From assembly GCF_001194135.2 (NCBI RefSeq), contig NC_069001.1:24821982-24865259 (forward strand): 43,278 bases of DNA, read 5' to 3'. Below, piece after piece: positions 36,561-43,278 of this stretch. The translations under genes and the position numbers were made by a program. How positions within the stretch are numbered: position 1 is the first letter of the stretch; the number at the start of each line of letters is the position of its first letter. The notes beneath the pieces are model-generated. The model was given only the letters and a program-made list of their open reading frames with translations, did no database searches and was not told where the DNA came from. Source of the DNA: Octopus bimaculoides. Its lineage: Eukaryota.

Positions 36561-36860
36561 ATCATAAATATACAGGGATTAGCAATTGAGTTGCTTCTCC
36601 AACATACTGAAAATTTAGAAATAGCAGTCAAAGAACTACTGATTCCAAACTACAAATTTTTGTTTGGAATCAGTAGTTCTTTGACTGCTATTTCTAAATT
36701 TTCAGTATGTTGGAGAAGCAACTCAATTGCTAATCCCTGTATATTTATGATGATAAATAGTTTTACCGATTAAGGTTTTTTTCATACTGAACTACTTGGC
36801 AAAATAGTTAATTATTAATTCTATTATTAATTGACGATTCTCTGCCCTTATTCTTGTATC
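36557..36860. mobile_element. Foldback/long-TIR element, copy 2 (perfect 94-bp-arm palindrome plus rest of right arm)
   Basis: 36557-36650 is the exact reverse complement of 36662-36755. 36662-36860 is homologous to 29210-29410. Confidence 0.9.
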
Positions 36861-37420
36861 TATCTATCTATTTAGTTCAAAGCGACAGACGCCGTATAAC
36901 TACCAAGGTGACCATCTTTATGTCCATCTTAACGTTGATGCTTGTTAGGACAATGAATATTGCATGAAAGGCCCTGAGAGACACTCTCTTGTAGGTGCTT
37001 GGTGTATGAAAGCAAACGCAAGAATTGTAGCCATAGTTAATCGTCTGTTATGGACACCGGAACACCTATATCACGTGATTTTTGTCTACTGGACCACATG
37101 TAACTCAATATTTTTTATTCTAAAAGCCATCAACATTAAGTTAGATATAGAAGTCGCTTAATAGAGTTGATTTTATCTAATATTTGAATTATATATGGGT
37201 TAAAGTCATGGACTGGCGAAGTGATAATCTCCGATCCTTTTCGGGTACGTGATATTGATAAGCCACAGAAATGTCGAGGGATCGTTGTCCATCACTCCTG
37301 GATGGGAATAGAAGTGAGTTATGTCCCCTGACCATGACTTTCAGGTGTTTTAACACCCGGTACTTTGAGTGTGTATTTTCCACCACGCTAAGTACATATG
37401 GTTGATAAGGTTTATATACA

Positions 37421-37497
<77 letters not shown>

Positions 37498-38130
37498 ACA
37501 GTGGAGAAAGAGACAGAGAGACAAAGATAAGCACATTAATGTATATTAGCATTTATATATTATAACTGGAAGTATTAATATATGAACGTCATGTACAATG
37601 ACAAAAAAGTTGTCTTGCAAGCAGCGAAAGAGAGTTGTGAAAAAAGTATATAAATTTACAAACCATACATTTTGACAACATTTCATATATATGCATACGT
37701 AATATTACATTTTGCCGTCCATCCACTGCGTTCATGTAGTTACATCGTCAGTAGCACTGTCAACAGATCCAACACCACCACTTCTATCGTTAATACTAGT
37801 TCTGAAACTTCTACAGACCTGCAATGAAGTAAAGAAATAATATATTCTAAGTAGAAAACGACAAAAAGAAAAACAAAATTTAAGAGAAAGTTTTGAGTTT
37901 GTGCTGACACTCAACAGACATATCAATTTTTTCCTCTCTTTAATATTCTGACATATAAGATGGAATAATATATCACCATTAAAGAAATAGACTCACACAG
38001 ACTCAGACACATATTCTCAAACACATACATATATATTCTTTCAAGAGTGATATCTTATTAGTTATATAAGAGATATCCTGTCTGTCCTTCTTGTCTATCA
38101 TTCTATCTATATCACTATATATGTATATGT

Positions 38131-38167
<37 letters not shown>

Positions 38168-38524
38168 TTCGTGTAATTCTCATTCTAACACCGTCTTTCC
38201 ATTTCTCTCACTGCAGGCTCACACCATTCCACACTCATGAATGCACACACAAACACAGATTTATACAAAACTAATATTGAGGTGGAAAAAAAAACCTGAG
38301 CTAGTAACAATCTCAAAAAAATATTCGGGTGTGCTTAACGATACAAATGTATTGGTTTATCAGTTATTATAGGTAAAACCTACCACATCATACTGCTTTC
38401 AGGAAAATGTCACCCATAAAGAATCTTCACTGAGAATATACCGAAATGTTTTTCGTGTAGGAAGATCAAGATAACCGCAAAATTAGTCCTCCGACGGCTC
38501 ATTGTGTATACTAAATATCACATA

Positions 38525-38630
38525 TTTCAAAGTTTGGAACATGACCAGCAATGTTGGGGAAGGGGACTAGTCAATTGCATCGACCACATCATTCACTGAT
38601 ACTTATTTTATCGACCACAAAAGGATGAGA
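38525..38630 (-). mobile_element. SINE family B, 3' fragment
   Basis: Reverse complement CATCCTTTTGTGGTCGATAAAATAAGTATCAG...GTCGATGCAATTGACT...GCTGGTCATGTTCCAAACTTTGAAA. Confidence 0.7.
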
Positions 38631-38869
38631 TTTACAGCAAAAAATTAAACATCTGAAAGCTACCATCAAGCGGCAAGATCCCAAATAATGAGACAATGAC
38701 GGTGCCACAGATGAAACCTAAATGGTTGACGGGAGGCAAATCGTCTTAATGCTTTCTTATAACAGGAATTACAAACTTTCAAAGCATCCACGTTTCCCTG
38801 AAACTTATAAACTGCAACAATTTCGAAGAGAGTGATGTCTCCCTACAAATTATTATGTTTTAACTGACA

Positions 38870-40060
38870 CTGATTTACCAAAGAAATCAATATCATATTC
38901 ATGTTAGAAAATCGCGTCGGAGCAACCTTGAAGAGTGGACAAGTAATTAAGAGCAATATTATAATACCAGATAACGAAACTGAAATACATGAGTCGATAA
39001 AACGCAGACATACAAATACTAAAAAGCCAATTAAGTAGATAGGGTGTGACATACACGAACGATAGAAAAGATAAGGAAGTAATGCTGTTTTTAAATATTG
39101 GTACAAGGCTATTAATTTCGGTGGAGGAGATAAGTCAATTACATCGAGCCTAATGTGCAACTTATACCTATGTTATCAATGTCGAAACGAATGAAAGGCA
39201 AAATCAACCTCGGTGGAATTTGAACTCAAAATGTAAGACGAAATGCCGCCAAGAATTTTGCTCGGTGCGGTAACGATTCTGCTAGCTCACCGCCTCCTAA
39301 GGAAGTAATATTAGAGACGAGTTCAATTAATGCTTAAAACGGAGCTAAATGCAAAAATGAATGCAATAGGCAACTGTACTGTAGCTGCTCCAAGTATAAT
39401 TTGGAGTTACAAGATTCTTAGCTGGATAATAAATGAACTAGCAAGGAAACAATGACTGCATTTAGAGTACACGGCAAAATATAAGACATTAAAAGATTAT
39501 ATATACAGTGAATGGAAGGCTGTACTAAATAACTAGAAAACTACTAAAAAAAATTTCGTAGATAAAACAAGAAAAATATCTCTAAATCTTAATCAATGAA
39601 TACCAATGAAAATAGCTACAAGGCAAGAAAAAGCAGACCGCTTTCTGTCCCAAAGGAACACGAAAAATATAAAGATGTGGCCAGTATAACTGATAGCTAT
39701 GAAGAAATTGCAGGACAAAGACTGCAAAGAAGTTAAAATCTAAGCTGAAATAGAGACTACAAAATGCCGTGAGATGGCAATAGCAAGAACTGCCCTCGTA
39801 TGATAGGGATAAACTAAACAGAAAACAAATAACCAAAGTGAATATTAAAACTGGTTCAGAAGTGCGAGAGTCAGAGCAGAGAGTGGCAAAAGATCAAAAC
39901 CTCTCAACCATAAACCATCAAAGGCTATTAATGAACAAAAACGCAGTAAGTAACCGCTGAATATGTGGTGATGGGAAAGAAACAATACATCATATTACTC
40001 CTGGCTACCAAAGCTTCACCAAGAAAGCATATATTCACAGGAACATCTGAGTCGGAACTT
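38870..40060 (+). mobile_element. R4/Dong-clade LINE remnant interrupted by SINE-B
   Basis: FTKEINI (FSKDI), TYKY, EKIRK*Y*RRVQLMLKTELNAK, DIKRLYI, KDQNLSTINHQ, ICGDGKETIHHI...KKAYIHR zinc knuckle. Confidence 0.8.
39084..39297 (-). mobile_element. SINE family B, full length, with 12-bp TSD
   Basis: Head GGCGGTGAGCTAGCAGAATCGTT, B-box GAGTTCAAATTCC. TAAGGAAGTAAT is duplicated at 39072-39083 and 39298-39309. Confidence 0.9.
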
Positions 40061-40180
40061 ACATGAAAAAGGTATGGTAAAGGCATACACAAAGCAACCC
40101 TGCTCTGGTGTATATTTCATTATACAAAAATTGGGAGATCAAAGGTCATTGAGAAAGAAAGAAAATGGCTCCTAATTGAC

Positions 40181-40572
40181 GCGCAGGAGTGGCTGCGTGA
40201 CAAGAAGCTTGCTTACTAACCACATAATTCCGGGATCCGTCTCACTGCGTGGTAGCTTGGGCAAGTGCCTTCTACTATAGCCTCGAGCCGACCAAAGCCT
40301 TCTGAGTGGATTTGGATGACAGAAACTGAAAAAAGCCCGTCGTAGATATATATATATGTATATCTATATATGTTTGTGTGTCTGTCTTCGTCCCCCACCA
40401 TCGCTTGAAATCCGATGTTGGTGTGTTTACGTCCTTGTAACTTAGCGGTTCGGCCTGAGAGAACGATAGAATAAGTGCTAGGCTTACAAAGATTAAGCCC
40501 TGGGGTCGATTTGTTCGACATAAGGCGGTGCTCCAGCATGGCCGTAGTCAAAATAACTGAAACATACAAAGG
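40181..40572 (+). mobile_element. SINE family A, full length, with internal (TA)/(TG) microsatellite
   Basis: tRNA-like head, internal microsatellite about 40345-40382, 3' module and CTCCAGCATGGCCG...ACTGAAACA tail. Confidence 0.9.
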
Positions 40573-40698
40573 CGCCTGGAAAAGTAAATAACTGGAATGA
40601 GGCAGGTGAAAATGGAAACGATTACTATAATAAGAGTTGTTGCTTTGAGAATGATCGAAAACCATGCACAGAAACACGTAACAAAATCCTCAGGACAT

Positions 40699-40733
<35 letters not shown>

Positions 40734-40737
40734 TTAA

Positions 40738-41089
40738 AAGGCGGAAAATGCATACAGTTCACATAATTTTAATATATTATAAATGAAAGGGTATTGTGGT
40801 TGTCGACCGGTTTCGCTTTAGCTGATCATGACATTGAAATTATTGTAATTTCGTATTTTCTTAAGAATATTTTAATCTATGTTCTTGTATGCTCATTCTC
40901 ATGTCAGTGTTCTTGTACATTCCTTCACACGTTTTCATACAAGAACATGGACTAAAATCTTCTTAAGAAAATACGAAATTAAAATAATTTCAATATCATG
41001 ATTAGCGAAGGCAAAACCGGTCAACAACCACGACACTCTTTTATTTAAAGTACATTGAAACCATGTAAACTGTGTGCATTTTCCGTCTT
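40738..41089. mobile_element. MITE with about 154-bp imperfect TIRs and 44-bp spacer
   Basis: 40738-40891 (AAGGCGGAAAATGCATACAGTT...GTTCTTGTATG) is inverted at 40936-41089 (CATACAAGAAC...GTGCATTTTCCGTCTT). Confidence 0.85.
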
Positions 41090-41092
41090 GTA

Positions 41093-43198
41093 TCTATCTA
41101 TATATATAAAAATGAGAATGTATGTCTGTGTGTGTCTGTGTGTATCTGTGTGAATCCCTAAAACTTCAGAACTACACAACCAATTTCATTCAAATTTTAC
41201 TTAGGGTCCCGGTTGTGTTTTAATAAAAAATAATTTTAACTTCTTGTATAGTTCGAGCCCACAGCAACATATCTCCTCTACTATTTAAGTATTACGTGTC
41301 AAAAGTGAAACAAAAACACTCATGTCAAATTACTTTCACTTTAAAAATGAAACTTTTCCACTATTTCAGTATCAAAACTGAAACAATCACTTTTCGATAC
41401 TGTAATTTTGGGGGGATTAATTTACACTGCATACGAAAATACAGAAATATTATTACGGTACGTTATTAAACACTCACAGATCTACGCATACATACCTGAC
41501 GACTGACATGCGTGAAGTGTCAATACGAAATTTTATTTTTATTTCCTTTAAAATAATATACATTTACTGTTTCATTACCGGTTAATAATTATCGCAGCAG
41601 TTGGAAGGTTGGCAGGTAAAATGTAAAATTCTTTGTCTCTCTGTACAAGTGCTATTTCCTTAATTTATACTGCATACTAAAGTACAGACATACTAAATAC
41701 GGTACGCTATTAAACACACACACACACACATACACATCTACACATACATGTACATAACTGAGGACTTAATTTTTTTATTAACCACACAGGGTCGAAACAC
41801 AGAGGGAACAACACAAAGACAGAAAAAAACACAAAAGTGGAAAAAAAAAATCGAACGAAAAGAATGGTAATGATAAATCAAAAGGTGGAATGACGTCTAC
41901 TCGAACTCCACACTCCAGTTAACGTCATTGAACGTTTTTAGAAAAAAAAAATTTTTTTGAACGTGTTATTTTATTTTTGCCTCTTTTCCCTTGTGTGTTG
42001 CTTGTTTTATATACTTTGTGGACGACTGGCATGCGTGAAGTGTGAGTTGGCCAGTGTCAAAACAAAATTCCATTACCGGATGATGATTATGGCAGAAGTT
42101 GCAAGGTAAGACATAACATTCTTTGTCTCTCTGTAATAATTATTGTGGCATTTACCGTTAAATTAGCAGTTTCATACATGTGCTATTTCGTTCAGTTGCT
42201 TATATTTCATTAATTTACACAGCATACAAAAATACGGACATAATATATATATACATAATTGCTTACAAAAAATAGAGATTAATGTATATTTTTTCTATGT
42301 TCATAATTTCTTGTTTACAATATTGAAAAAATATGCCACCAAAGAAAAGACGTAATCCCTCCAGAAACACGTATAAAGCGAGGACGATTACAGAAAACAA
42401 AGGCGAGTGTCTCGACAGAGAAAGGAGACGAGACTTTCTCAAGCTCAGCAGATGCATGCCGCAGCACGTTAGTCTCAAGAGAGAAGGGAGATGAGATTTT
42501 CCCAGTATCAGCTAAGGCATGCTGTAATACTTAATGCTGAATCATTAGAACGTTTAACACGCCAGATTAGACGGAGGTCCAATACAATAGCTCTCAGAAA
42601 TAAATCATATGCAAATTCGCTCTTTGCAACTCCAGGAGCTGCTTTCAGATATGATCCCTCCTATTCCTATAAAAATGATAATTCTGTACAATATGGTGTG
42701 CTACACTGAAATTGTCGTTTCTGCAAAGCTTTCAAATTTCCAAATGAAACAAATTGCATGTGCTGCTCGGGCGGTAATGTAAGATTTCAAGCACTACCAG
42801 CTCCTTGCCGTCTTCCGTTGCAACCCATTTCTAGAATGTACCCATTTACCTAGAATATCTCCATTACACCTCCATTCATTTGACTGTCAACCATACGACG
42901 GGTTGTGTTAGATGTGGCGCTAACCGCTTCAAAGGAGAGTATTCCACTGAGCTTTTCTGTGGGTTAGAAAATTACATACCTTCACCCCCAATTTTCCATG
43001 ATAGGTTAGCACTTGGAATCCTCTAATCCTCCGATGTATTACATGTCGACTAATGGAATTAGACCATCATTTACTCCACAAATGTTTTGTCGTCAATGCT
43101 GCACTTTCCCGATTCACCTATTATAACATAACTCTAATATATATATGTAAATAAACTATATGATTTTAATCCCGAGCGGTGCCGGGTGTCTCTGCTAG
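41093..43198 (+). mobile_element. Non-autonomous Helitron, about 2.1 kb
   Basis: 5' TC start (TCTATCTATATATATAAAAATGAG) after A. 3' GC-rich hairpin CCCGAGCGGTGCCGGG at 43171-43186, then CTAG and T. Carries a RepHel N-terminal remnant. Confidence 0.88.
42333..42805 (+). pseudogene. Helitron RepHel N-terminal remnant including zinc-finger-like motif
   Basis: MPPKKRR start, then AAFRYDPSYSY...YGVLH*NCRFCKAFKFPNETNCMCCSGGNV in one frame, matching the RepHel CxxCxAxxFxxE...CCxxGKV motif. Confidence 0.8.
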
Positions 43199-43278
43199 TT
43201 TTATATATTTCTTTGCATCGCAACTCACCACGTGTGGGATGATCAAAATTCGCTTCCTCCCTTTTCTTACTATATATA

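Noticed and set aside
37202-37341. 10-bp inverted repeat AAAGTCATGG...CCATGACTTT bounding 140 bp
   Set aside because: Too short to exceed chance, no TSD, and no second copy in the window.

Overview
AT-rich, microsatellite-dense eukaryotic non-coding DNA with nine N-gaps (about 3.1 kb). The repeat families and compound (TA)/(GT)/(TATC)/(AAT) arrays resemble an octopod cephalopod draft assembly; this is inferred from remembered repeat sequences, not from a search. No intact protein-coding gene, RNA gene or CRISPR array is supportable. Every long ORF in the track is an N-run or microsatellite artefact or a transposon remnant. By my tally roughly 40% of the non-gap sequence is decayed mobile DNA: six R4/Dong-clade non-LTR retrotransposon fragments, two tRNA-headed SINE families (called A and B here), a Penelope-like element with GIY-YIG domain, a mariner fragment, a deleted DD37D/maT element, a probable hAT remnant, a 2.1-kb non-autonomous Helitron and several MITE/foldback elements. 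The most notable structure is organisational. Dong-like LINEs and SINE-B cluster on (AAT)/(ATT) arrays and are antiparallel at all three shared loci. SINE-A nests inside its own internal microsatellite. One foldback copy is a perfect 94-bp-arm palindrome. An Illumina adapter remnant and duplicated gap flanks show assembly artefacts. A few splice-bounded candidate exons are reported at low confidence only.
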